This document shows, piece after piece, positions 1 through 11,600 of a stretch of DNA of 33,057 nucleotides. The notes beneath the pieces are model-generated. The model was not told where the DNA came from. It was given only the letters and a program-made list of their open reading frames with translations, and ran no database searches. Source of the DNA: Priapulus caudatus (lineage: Eukaryota). The stretch covers positions 363,568 through 396,624 of the forward strand of contig NW_014577091.1 of NCBI RefSeq assembly GCF_000485595.1, given 5' to 3'. Both the position numbers and the translations under genes were made by a program. How positions within the stretch are numbered: position 1 is the first letter of the stretch; each line of letters opens with the position of its first letter.

Positions 1-16
1 CTCTTTCTCTCTCTCC

Positions 17-55
<39 letters not shown>

Positions 56-110
56 CCTTCCCCCCTCCCTCCTTCCCTCCCCCTCTCTCAATCACTCCTT
101 TCCCTTTCTC
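1..110. repeat. (CT)n / pyrimidine-rich microsatellite
   Basis: Direct reading: ctctctct runs grading into ccct repeats at the window edge. Confidence 0.95.
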
Positions 111-426
111 TCCTGATACATTTTTCTCAGCCTATCACCTTCAGTTGACATTGATGTTTATTATTACATACGTGTTCTCGGTGCCATCATACTGTACTAT
201 ATGGTCTAGCTATACTTGTTTTGACACTGTTCCTTCAGCCAGTTCGTACCAGTTTGATCTGCTTTCGTGTAATTGCATGTTCAGTGTGAGTATAATCCAT
301 ATTTATCTATCATTATTATACTGAATGTATGGCTATTTCATCTGTGTACAAAACCTTATCTATATAACCGGCTATATGTAGTCCTTGGCAAGTGCTGATA
401 AAGTGTGTTGCCCCAGGCACAAATAT

Positions 427-643
427 TGCTGATAGGGTCTATGTCTCCCTGGGTACGGTCCGGTATATACCGGAACGTACCGTGGTAACTATCTGATATG
501 GTTAGGGTTAGGGTTAGGGAGTAGGTGTAGGCGACTCCCTAGACTCGTTAGTGGAGTAGGAGTGGTACGGTCCGGCATATTAGAGCGTACCGCTGAGGGT
601 ACGTTCCGGCAGTACCCAGGGAGACATAGACATGACCCTGGCA
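427..643. mobile_element. Small TIR element (MITE) with internal TTAGGG tract, in GNMT intron
   Basis: Perfect 20-bp inverted repeat gtctatgtctccctgggtac (437-456) / gtacccagggagacatagac (612-631); direct repeat gcacaaatat at 417-426 and 644-653 (probable TSD, exact ends ambiguous); ggttagggttagggttaggg at about 500-519. Confidence 0.75.
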
Positions 644-911
644 GCACAAATATCAGTAAATCTATCATCGTATTAAACTGCCAGCTAGGTGTTGATACTG
701 AGGAATATTTTGTGTTAGACGTAAACTATTTTTTCCCTTCACCATCTGTATTAAAAATGTGTATATGAGCAGTTTGCTTCTCCTTATATTATGTAATGGA
801 GTATCCTATGAGTGAAACTGTTGTGAAGCAAATGCCATTTTCGTATTTCAAAATATAATTACAAGGAATAGAGTAAATAGTCTGATCTTGACCATGTTTC
901 ACATGTTACAG

Positions 912-1039
912 TGTGGATTCCATACTCTTGTTGGAAGAGGGATTTCACGTCAAAAGTGTTGATGCCAGTGACAAAATGCTCAAGTATGCACTTCGGGAGC
1001 GGTGGCGACGGAGACAGGAACCAGCATTTGATAACTGGG
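912..1039 (+). CDS. GNMT: GNMT exon (first visible)
   Basis: ttacag|T GTG GAT TCC...AAC TGG G|gtaagg; [11 protein letters not shown]...EPAFDNW. Confidence 0.95.
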
Positions 1040-3141
1040 GTAAGGTGTGACTCACTAAATAAATAGAAAGAGAGTTAATAATGCGATTATATATTCACAC
1101 CGTTTTAAGATTGGTGACAAATTCACATGTGCAGACTGCAGCACTTATGTATAATCAAGCAATGTCTGCTATAAAGTAATCAATTGTTGTTTGCAGAAAT
1201 TGAAGAAGCCAACTGGTTAACACTTTGTGATGACATAAACAAACCACGTGGTCAGGATGGCTATGATGCTGTGATATGCTTAGGTAGGTTGCAGATTTAG
1301 TTTACATTTAGTTAAAATCTAATTTCTCTTCCTCAGTGACGTGAATTATGCTACTGCCACTTGTTGGATATCAACTGAGGATGATTCCACATAATTTCTG
1401 TATTTTGTAAGTGTATGAAAAGTTTACACTTTACAACCCATTGTAACTTCTGAGATTTCTCCCATAATCACTGCAAAGAACATACACATATAATACAACC
1501 ATTTGTTAACAAGAATTGCAGGTTGGTTCAATCTGCTATTGAAATGTTTTTTTCTGCATAAAATGTGGTTCACAAATTAGATTGGAAAAAGAGAGGAGTG
1601 AGTGGCAGTTCCAAAGCGTATCATCATAATCACCTCTGTAAACGCCAGCCAGAACTGAAACTTTCTGGCTGTCAGAATCAGTTTTGGGGCTAACTAGTAT
1701 TTGAAGAAACTATAGTGTGGCCATAGCGAGTATAGTGATGTAGCTACAGGGCAAAGCATTAAGCTGGCCGGGTTTACACTAAGGAAAAAATCAAAAAGAT
1801 GATCAGTTTGTCAACGTTCTATCAACCTCTCTATCAGATGTTCAAAGTTTTTATGTTATCGACCGTGCGTCGGCAAACGTTTCAACGTTTGACCCATAGT
1901 GTGCGTGCGGGGCGCCGTGGACAGGCATTTTGCATGTATTAATTTGCGCCAATGTGGCGCCGATAGCAAAAACGTACTCTCCCCCTGGGTGGAGGGAGAC
2001 ACCTGACTGAGTATCACATTCCACACTGTTCTCATTGCAGGAAATTCTTTTGCCCATCTTTTGGACTTTGATGGGGACCTTGCAAACCACAAGCTAGCTA
2101 TAACTAACATGGCTAACTTGTTGAAGCCTGGTGGGGTTCTCATGATTGACCACCGAAACTACGATTACATCCTCGACTCAGGCAAATCTCCAGCTAAGAA
2201 TATTTATTACAATGTAAGTAAGACATGAAATTGAACTGCTCCCTAGATAGACTGAACTTGACTAGACACATAGTAATGACACATTCATATCTACGGTTGT
2301 CAGCTGATTTATGCAGCAGCTGTTTTTTCGAATAATGTTTTTATTTTTAGTCATGTTTCGTTTATATATTTCTTTAATATTTTGAAATGTTATTGCTTTT
2401 AAAATGTCGCGGAGTGAGTCCGAACTCATTGAATGTGAAAACAGGTGACGCTAATCCAATGCTTGTGGTTGGTGTCACAGAGCCAGTATACGAGTGACAT
2501 CAGCACCTCCCTGCTTTATGTCAACGGCAAGCCTAACATAGTGACATTGGACTACACGATGGACCTGAGTGAGCTGATAAAGCAGCAGGAGCAGGATGAG
2601 AACTGGTTCACCGCTAATTATTCTCTCCTCAAGAACAAGCGGTTTGAAGGACCACCCGTCAAGTAAGCATTGTCAAACTAGGGTTGAACCCGCTTTGTCC
2701 CAGTAGGCAATAGTACACACAGTGATTTTAAAGTACACATAGCTTAAAACTTCTTTATGAACAGCTTAGCGTAGGAGTTGCAGCACGTCAGATTTTGAGC
2801 AGTATGTATTTTAGTAGCAGTAGTATATATTTTGTTATAAGTATATTTTGCCAGCATGTGATTGAAAGGTTTGTGGTAAAGTAACGGACTGACAAGTAAA
2901 TATCGTGTGATTTGTCAATTAGTGCCATATAATGTATTGCACAATTTCTTGCTTCTGCAGCCGCTTTCGTCTGTCCTACTACCCACATAGACTCGACGCA
3001 TTCAAACAGCTCCTGTCTGACTCGTTTGATGGCAAGTGCCATCAGACGGTGTTTGGGGACTTCCAGCCACTCGACTCATTCACCTACAAGGGTGATGACG
3101 CACCAGCCTTCTACATCCACATAGTCCAGAAGATGTTGTAG
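912..3141 (+). CDS. GNMT: Glycine N-methyltransferase, 5'-partial, spliced: join(912..1039,1197..1283,2041..2213,2481..2662,2961..3141)
   Basis: Spliced translation [31 protein letters not shown]...EEANWLTL...DAVICLGNSFAHL...[12 protein letters not shown]...KNIYYN...VTLDY...FRLSYYPH matches hallmark GNMT motifs; all introns GT-AG with compatible phases; the N-terminus up to the ACGTG motif is not in the window. Confidence 0.96.
1197..1283 (+). CDS. GNMT: GNMT exon
   Basis: ttgcag|AA ATT GAA GAA GCC AAC TGG...TGC TTA G|gtaggt; IEEANWLTL...YDAVICL. Confidence 0.95.
2041..2213 (+). CDS. GNMT: GNMT exon
   Basis: ttgcag|GA AAT TCT TTT GCC CAT...TAC AAT|gtaagt; NSFAHLLD...IDHRNYD...KNIYYN. Confidence 0.95.
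2481..2662 (+). CDS. GNMT: GNMT exon
   Basis: tcacag|AGC CAG TAT...GTC AA|gtaagc; [25 protein letters not shown]. Confidence 0.92.
2961..3141 (+). CDS. GNMT: GNMT last coding exon
   Basis: ctgcag|C CGC TTT CGT CTG TCC TAC TAC CCA CAT...[15 protein letters not shown]...FGDF...[10 protein letters not shown]. Confidence 0.95.
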
Positions 3142-4086
3142 TAAGTCAGATGAGCAAGTGTCCGCAGAGTTTGGTGCAGTAATGGAGTGGGCGTTAAAGC
3201 CCAGGGACTGGGCTAAAATTTCTCCTTCGGCAACCGGCGCCCAGTTGTGATAAACTTATTCGTGTCCAACAACAGTAGAGGGCGTCCATAGGCGGCATGC
3301 CTGAATAAGCATCGAACTGAAATTAATTAAAAATACTCACACTGTTACTAACCCTAACCCTAACCTATTATATTGATATAATATTATATTTATATTGATG
3401 TAAATGACATTGGTTTTATTGGGACCCATGTTCTCTATCCTTGAACCGATAATTGAAGATTTCTCAAGCCAATGACGACAGGACGTCATGAGGAGACCTG
3501 CATTTTCACATTTCGAGATTGCTGACGTAAGCTTTATTTATATTTTAATCATACGGCCTGCATGACGTCACGATTCTATAACTATAAACAATAAATCTAA
3601 TGAATAGAAACGACGTTGCAATCCTGCCGTAACGTCAAATGTCGAAATGACCACCGGCACTTTTCAGGCACGCGAACGAAACAAAGCCATTGCAAGAGAG
3701 GCCGTAACATAAGTACTATCATTCCTCACCCAGCTGAAGTTTTAACATATACTTACCAATTCACAAAGAACACAAGATATTCTTTTCAAACCTCGCAGAA
3801 TGTATAAGACTATAATCTGCAGCAGGAGACGATTGTACGACGAACTTCTTCGTTAAAAATATCTGACTCTATCAAGCGCGATACTCAAAATGGAGGGCAG
3901 GCAATATTGGCACTGAAAGTGGCACAACATTCCAGCACAAATGTCACAATGAAAAGTAATGTTGGCATATTAAAAAAAGTAAACCGATAGCTGCTAATTA
4001 ATTATTATTTTTTCAATGTGGTAAATTTAAGGATAATTTTTATTTGTAGGATAAAATTTTGTAATAGCTGAAAATTGTTATAGAAA

Positions 4087-4323
4087 CCACTGCCTGGCAG
4101 CGGTGCAAAGGACAGAAAGATGCGATATGATATGACTACTAGGCACTTTAATTTAATTTTTTTAATTTTTTTTAGGGTTAGGGTTAGGGTTTAGGTTAGG
4201 TTTAGGGTTTAGGTTAGGTAGGGTTAGTGTTAGGGTTATTTTTTTTTTAAGTGCCTAGTAGTCATATCCTAAGTGCCTAGTAGTCATATCATATCGCATC
4301 TAACTGCCGGGTGCGGCAGCGGT
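4087..4323. mobile_element. Inverted-repeat element with central TTAGGG/TTTAGG tract
   Basis: 31-bp inverted repeat agatgcgatatgatatgactactaggcactt (about 4118-4148) / aagtgcctagtagtcatatcatatcgcatct (4271-4301), part of the right arm tandemly duplicated; telomere-like repeats about 4172-4238; no clear TSD, outer ends uncertain. Confidence 0.7.
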
Positions 4324-4332
4324 ATGCGTCAA

Positions 4333-4413
4333 TTTTTTTTGCTTGGGGGGGCTGGGGCTCGGGGGGGGGGTTCGTTCGAACCCCCCGAACCCCCCCCCCT
4401 GGCTACGGGCCTG
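4333..4413. mobile_element. One end of a G/C-run MITE (…ccccctggctacgggcctg)
   Basis: ggggg ttcgttcgaa ccccc hairpin and terminus similar in style to the intact element at 20785-20973; other end not found. Confidence 0.45.
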
Positions 4414-4553
4414 TTATAGTATTATATAAAGTTACAGTATATACTAACTTTAGCTTTACTTGTACTGCTACTACAAGAACGGTAGGGGTCAGCACTATCT
4501 AATAGTTCTGAACTTCTGACACCTAACCAATGTATGATAGGGTTGAGTATAAA

Positions 4554-4951
4554 CAGAGGTCCCAAGTTGGGAAAATCCAAGAAAGGGATCACTTGTGATA
4601 ATGGTCCATCGCCGTTTTTTCGCGGTGCGCAAAAACAGGAAAAAAAATGTGTCGGGCTGCAACATGTGTTTGTCGCGGCGCATCACCATTTTTTATAAAG
4701 TATATACATGTAAAATAAAACACAAATTTATTGTGAAAACAAACGTGTTTGACATTTGTGGCCCTTTATTGTTCGCTGGAATAAAAGTACATCAACAACC
4801 ACAGCAAATTTAGTAATTTACTGTTGTAAATTTTAAAATATGGCTGAAAAATGTTACGATCGAGACTTTCTGGATTCTTAACGGGGCACCGGGACCAGCA
4901 TGAACTTGCACCGGGACGATCCCGGTGAGACCGGGACACTTGGGACGTCTG
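4554..4951. mobile_element. Non-autonomous TIR element, 7-bp TSD (hAT- or P-like)
   Basis: TIR cagaggtcccaagt / acttgggacgtctg (1 mismatch); gtataaa duplicated at 4547-4553 and 4952-4958; subterminal ccgggac repeats. Confidence 0.75.
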
Positions 4952-7900
4952 GTATAAATATATTGGTATTAATATATGGTATACCAATCGCAATACGCAT
5001 CCACGCACGCACGCACAACAAGACCAATTTTACTTCTAATGCTTTCTAGACGTCCACGAGGCATCTAACTTGCGTGCATAATGCAAATTATTGCACTCTA
5101 GTGCCGAATTTCTGCGGGAAAAAATGCTAAAAAAGGCATTTTCTAGAGACGATATAGTGCAACGGTGAACAATTGCGGAGGCTTACTGTTGTATGCCTCC
5201 TTAATGAAGCCGAGCTTTTCATGCATTTCCTGAAAGGTCATAAAAGGTCCGTGTTGCCAATAAGTAGATTTTTCATCAGGTTTATTATATTAGGTTATTA
5301 TATTCAGATTTTTTTTTGACAGTGCATTTTAAACACCATCTGTTGCACGATAGCTGTGTTCAACAATGTTATGCTCATGCACTTGGTGTGGTCTCTGTCC
5401 CATGGTGATGAATGTTTTGGTAGGTTATAGGTTATTACAAATGGGTAGGTAAGTTTACAACTGCAGTGCCTGAATTTGGAATCCAGCTATGCTTCCAAAC
5501 CACTTTCGTTTAGGTTATCCTACTCAATTTTCTCTATTCACTTAACAAAGTATAGTTATAAATGAAATGTTATGTGGGCCAAGTGATTATTTTACTATAT
5601 AAAGTATGTAGGAGTAGTATATCACGAGATGTTTCTATTTTTTACAAATTCTAATTCCACGTTCCTACCATATAGTAGCTTTATGTTGGAAAAGGTTTAA
5701 CAGTGTGCTTGCGTGTGCCATATGTTATTACTGCTTGTGTATGATGCAACAAGCATCTATATGCCGGTATAGGTACAGAAGATACTTGTTGTACCCGGTA
5801 GATGCATACTTGGAAGGTACAATGTGTAATGATATGCATATCCCATGCAGCTTCTAATGGTGAAAGAAGCTCAACTTTTGTGATATATAGACAGAGAACA
5901 TAATTAATCAGTGATACTCTACTGCAATAACTATAAAGTTGGCCAACTCATTTGAATTATTCCTTTTAGTTTCTTATGTAGTCAAAGCATGTACAAGTTC
6001 ATTTTTACTGTGTAGATATTCCTGCTTATATATTTTATTAAATTTAATTATAATAAATATATTTCTAAATTTATGTAGGGTTACAATACTTACATATGGG
6101 TCATTTATTTTTGTCTACCTGTATTTGATATAAACAAGAGCGTATAAAGGCTCTTGATATAAACTAAGGTATGTGTAGATTATGAAAATGTTGTACCACA
6201 AGATTTATTGCAATGCATGTGCCTTTGTTCAAATTAGGTATCTGATTAGCTTAAAATTAACTAGCAAATTAACTGTGCAGCACTAATTACCATGTAAAAA
6301 TTCAATTCTGGGTGTGTATATATAATATACATATATATATAGACTGCCTTGCAAAATAAAAGATTGGATGGTGAATTGTTATGGTATTACTACAGATATA
6401 GGATGTTATTTAGTATAATAAATTGTGATGGTTTTGCCAGAAAACTGTTGGCATTGTTTGTGTGGTTTATGACAAAGAGAGTTGATGCCATCTTTTTCGC
6501 ATTTCACCTGACAGTCTGGTATCAAAACTTAACTTCAGAATTACTTTACAATTGCTTATATTAGCCAACAACTTCATAAATTTTTACAGACATTGTTCTA
6601 CTACAAACTCAACAGTATAGTGGTGACGTTAGCATGTATTTTTGATGTAAAGCACCCAACAACAATAACGTGAATTGAGAGAATTAGATTTTGTAAACTG
6701 TTACGAACAGTTCTGGCCTTCACCTCATTAAATCTACAAAACCTAGTTCAGCAACACTCCGAGCAGGTGATCACTTCCAACTGCCTTTGCAATACAAATG
6801 GCAGTGTGCAGACTAAAACGATTGCAACAATGCAACGTGGTGGCAATTGTAACATGATAGCTGGCAGCAAGGTAACAATGCTAAATCAATATTATTGTAC
6901 CCTGTCTGTTTGTCTATGTCTGCATACGACACTCCGAATGGGCTAATAGCAAATATATATCCACCGCTGGCTTAATGTGTGTCAAAATAATATATTATAC
7001 ACATTTTTGTCAGCTGCAGATAAAATTGCACGTACCAATATTATACTATTAGCCTTGTGACTGTGGTATGCAAACGTAATAATCAACAACTGCTCCTGAG
7101 CCAAAAAAAGCTCAACTAGGCAACACCGGTACCATGATTACTCGGGGTATATAATTACATGATCTCTCCAGAAAATAACAACTTGTATGACGACTTAAGA
7201 CTGTCTGTAGGACAACACTATGCCCACAAATGCTCAGCAGTGCTGACAGCACTTTGCATGATTAATTCAGGTAACAGTTGGTTAACGTCTTAACGACTAG
7301 ATCTAATAATAGCGAACACATAATGATTCATGCTCATTAAAAATGCCCCCGGCGCAATATACGTAAGCTAAAGATATAGCAAACGAACTTGTGCTTATAC
7401 AGACCACCTGTACAAGCCATTGAGCAAATCCGGGTGGTAACAGCGGGTGTATGCAGATATGAGAAAACAGTCATCGTATAGACAAGTGAAACTCTCAGAC
7501 AAGCAGGCTGCTAATGACAATTCAGTAGGAAATATTTCTTCTACCCTAAGAACCTACAGCCATATTACGTGGAATAAACAGTGATAATTTCCCACTCGAC
7601 AAGCTACATTCATAATACTGCATATAACGCACTTCCATTGATAGGCCAGGGGATTCAAAACACATTGCTAAAGCAATTTCCATTACTTCATTGTGAACAT
7701 ATTTGTAGCCTACATTAAAGCAAAAAGGTAAAGTAGTAAGACTTAGCATCACATATGTTGCATTTACAGTGTACCCCCTCCCTATTCAAAAACGAGACCT
7801 TCAAATGCCCAGGAGCCAATCATTTAACTAGGAAAACACACCCGTCATACACAAACCCAATGACTATTTACAAGTCCTGTAGATGGCAGCAGTATGTCCC

Positions 7901-8022
7901 CTAGCCATGAAGTAGGTTGCAATCACCCAGCCTCCTGAAGCAGGGACAGTGCACGTGCACAAGTGCATGATGACTGTAACACATGTCCCTAGGGGATCGG
8001 TGGATCGATGTCTAAATATGCA

Positions 8023-8364
8023 GGGTAATGCTATCCCCCGGGCGTGGAGGGAGGTGACCGCAACGTGGCAGCACTAGTGTTGAGATAGTGTTAGGATTAG
8101 GGTCAGGGTTAGGGTTAGGATTAGGTTTAGGGTTAGGATTAGGATTAGGGTTAGGGTTTTTGCATCATGATATCTGTCCCCACATCATAGATTAATTTTT
8201 GTGGATCACAATGCCTATATATAGCGTGGCGACACATATATATTTAGTGTGAGGGTTAGTGTTGGCGGTGTTGGATTGAGGGTTACCGTTAGGGTTAACG
8301 TTTTGAACGTCATCGTCAACGTTATCACGTGACCTCCCTCCACGCCCGGGAGATAGCAACACCC
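8023..8364. mobile_element. Mutator-like MITE (9-bp TSD) with TTAGGG tract, in PC 3' region
   Basis: TIR gggtaatgctatcccccgggcgtggagggaggt / acctccctccacgcccgggagatagcaacaccc; perfect TSD aaatatgca at 8014-8022 and 8365-8373; ttaggg/ttagga repeats about 8090-8157. Confidence 0.85.
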
Positions 8365-8535
8365 AAATATGCAAGTGTTCATGGCGCCACCTCCAGGCAA
8401 TTCCCTTCACAGAATCATCCATCACCATCGGTAGAGTTGGTCGCAAAACAAGCTGTATGTATGTGTATGCGCATTTACGCACGCGCGCGTGCGAATATTT
8501 TAGCAGCTACATCGTGATGAGTTGTAATGACAAGT

Positions 8536-8688
8536 TTACTCCTCCTCCATCTCAACGAGCAGGTCCTCACCCTCCAGCTTCTGTCCATTCTTAACATGGA
8601 CCTGCTTGACCGTGCCTCCCTTGGTTGCATTCACAACCATCTCCATCTTCATGGCAGAAAGAACCACGAGTGGATCGCCCTTCTCAAC
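8536..8688 (-). CDS. PC: PC coding exon 22 (biotin carrier, stop)
   Basis: gctag|[19 protein letters not shown]...EMEEE TAA. Confidence 0.95.
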   Translation of the reverse strand, partial: VEKGDPLVVLSAMKMEMVVNATKGGTVKQVHVKNGQKLEGEDLLVEMEEE

Positions 8689-11600
8689 CTAGCGATGTAG
8701 AGACGGGAAAAAATGGCAAAAAGTTTACTTTAGCACAAGTTACACTAAAGTATCTATAATCGTAAAAGTATCTCTCTAGGTTGTAATTTTGTAATGCTAT
8801 ATAAACATTATCGTTATTGCGATTACGTGTGTGCGAGGCCAATTCAGCTTTACAACTATGACACCAGATACAGCTAGCTTTAAACAGGACTAGTCCTTCT
8901 TACTCACCTCATCACCAGCCTTGACTCTTATGTCAACGACTGTGCCGGGCATAGGTGCTCCAACCTGTGACTTAATCTCCTTATCTGCCTTGGGATGGTG
9001 TGAAATCAACTAAAAAACAATTCACACAGGGTGATATTTCTTTAATGACACAATAAGAAATACAAGTTTAAAAAATACTAAACTTGATTAATCCAATTCA
9101 TTAATAATCCATTTACATTGACACATAATTCTGCAACAATGATTCTCTATGCACTGTGACTTCTACAAGCATAGCCAACCTTCTGTGCTGACAAATCCTT
9201 GATGAGCAAAGTTCTCAACTGTCCATTCAACTCAAAGAACACCTCCCTCCGGCCCTGAGAGTTGAGCTCAGACATCGCCAGAGTGGAGATATGTAACGTC
9301 TTTCCTGTCTCGATTTCAACCTGCATGTACATACAGCAAACAGGCAATGAAATCATGAGATATCAGATGGGAGACACACACCCACAGGGGATTAGTACCC
9401 ACACGTTTGCACGTCCCTTGGTAATGATCGAGTATTCACATGCATGCACATTAGGAAACATAAAAAAAATTTTTTTTTAGAGATGATAGCACTTCTATAA
9501 AGGTCACACCATTAAAGACCACTGGGACAAGTGATCAGCAGATATGAGCACATTGATTCATTTTTGGTAAGTGCTACGTACACTTGGTAAGAGGCAGAGT
9601 GGGTGGGGGGGGGGAGGCAAACTTACCGTTGACTCCTCAGCGATCTTTGGACCAACGAAGAACAGACCTGTGGGTAGTGTGGTCACCGGCCCATTCAGCC
9701 TATAGAAGTTCTTGTAGTCATCGAGCACCTGAAAAGATATCAGCCCAAAATTAAAGACAACACTTACGCGAACGACTTCATTAAGTCATTATAGCTCAAG
9801 TTTAATACTCTTTTGAAGTTATTGCAAAAGGTCTTTTTCTAGCGAATCATTTCTTTTCCAAACGTGAGGTAATAATTTAGCCAACTAGTCGAGTCGAACT
9901 AGAAAAGGTAATCTTTGTGGATATCAATGGGAATGCCAACTACTTCTTCCGAAACTCTTTTCCCAATGCTGTCTAACCCACACTCTCCACTCAGCATTAG
10001 GCCCACCATGGCATGCCCTACAGCATTACTGTATCGGGTGTAACACCTGGGTGTACATGACACTGTAACTAAACTCAACCCGCCACCATTACTCTACTGC
10101 ACTGATAGAGGAAAAGACATTGCATGGGGAACATGACACTGTAACTAGCTAAACCTAAACCACCACGGTTACTCTACAGAAGGCAGACCTGCCAACCTGT
10201 GATTCATGAAAATAGTAAGGCTTTTCTTTTCCGACGTGGATATTCGCCCGAGCATCGGACACCTGTTCGTATGCGCTATTTGTCCGAGCAGTTGTTGCGC
10301 ATGCGCTGTTCATGTTGCATGCCGCAGGCGCACGGCACGAGTGCCGGAGGTAGGAAGTGTGAAGGGGAGGTCTGGGGGGTCTCCCCCCATAAAATTTTGT
10401 TTTGAAATCTAGACGCTCTAAAATGCTAAATTGCTATGAGCGTTTTGCTACGGCAGCCCTACGGCTGTGACGCCCCTGCATAGATGCGTATGTGGTTATA
10501 CACCATAGATAGTGTTTGGTACTATGACTCAAGTATATAAGAGATCCGAGTCGGTTTATAGTTAGTGTGAGGGTTGGGGTTAGAGAGTAGGCGACTCCCT
10601 AGACTAGCATTATATTACATTTATGTAATACAACATGAACAGCGCATGCGCAACAACTGTTCGGACGAATAGCGCATACGAACAGGTGTCCGATGCTCGG
10701 ACAAATATCCACGTCCTTTCTTTTCTTGCAGCAGGCGGCCATTTTGTTTGTATGTTATGCGCGCAATGAATGATGGGACTAACTCTAGATCACGCGAGAA
10801 CAACGTGAACGCGTGATCCAATATGGCTGCGCCCACAATCGCCAGATATTTCTCGGCTCACAATGTAAAAAACACATTAATTTTCAAGTCGTAAAAAATC
10901 GTAGGTTTTTCAGTTAAAATCGTAAGGGTTGGCAGGTCTGCAGAAAGGCTGGAGGGGTACACACAATTTGGCCTGCAGTACAGGATGTTACCTACACTCT
11001 AACCAGCACGATTAGTCTACAGTAGGAGCAGAGGTGCTGAATTAAACAACCACGAGACAAACCACACCTCGGCAGGGCATGGTTACACTGCAGTAGGGAC
11101 AGAGATAGGGTCACACACCTTGGGATACATGGCAGCGCTCATGACATCATATTCGTTGATGTTGTCCTCGCCGTGTTTCTCGATGAGATCGTGTTTCAAC
11201 TTATGCAGGTCAAGTGGTTCCATATGCATTCCTGGCCGCTCGTCCAAAGACTTTTTCCCACGCAGGATCTACGCCCGAAACAAAATCCAATTTCGCCTCA
11301 ATATGAAATGCGGTAAGCTGCCAACAAATCTTTCTACGCTGAGCCTCAGCTGCAGGTGTTACGAGAAGCAACTGCACACAACAAGTGAAACTGTTAATGC
11401 ACTGACGCCTCGTCCTCTTGCGATCCCACGTCACTATACAGTGCCAGGATAATGAACTCTGATCCAAGCCAACAATAACATCACCTTGACGGACATTTTT
11501 AACGTCTGACTAGAGATAGCAATGTGGCAAGCACTTAACTGCATTTGACCGTCGTGGGGTCAGTATGCTCAGTTTCGTGATGTCCGCACTCGTACCTTTG

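Noticed and set aside
1760..1960. Possible MITE in GNMT intron (ggccgggtttacacta ... tagtgtgcg)
   Set aside because: TIR match too weak and no TSD found.
4172..4238. TTAGGG tracts as a true telomere or chromosome fusion site
   Set aside because: Short, degenerate and enclosed in inverted-repeat elements; no head-to-head array.
10040..11118. Weak repeats resembling the exon 18 donor region (acacctgggtgtacatgac, ttactctacag)
   Set aside because: Similarity too short and degenerate to call a duplicated donor by eye.
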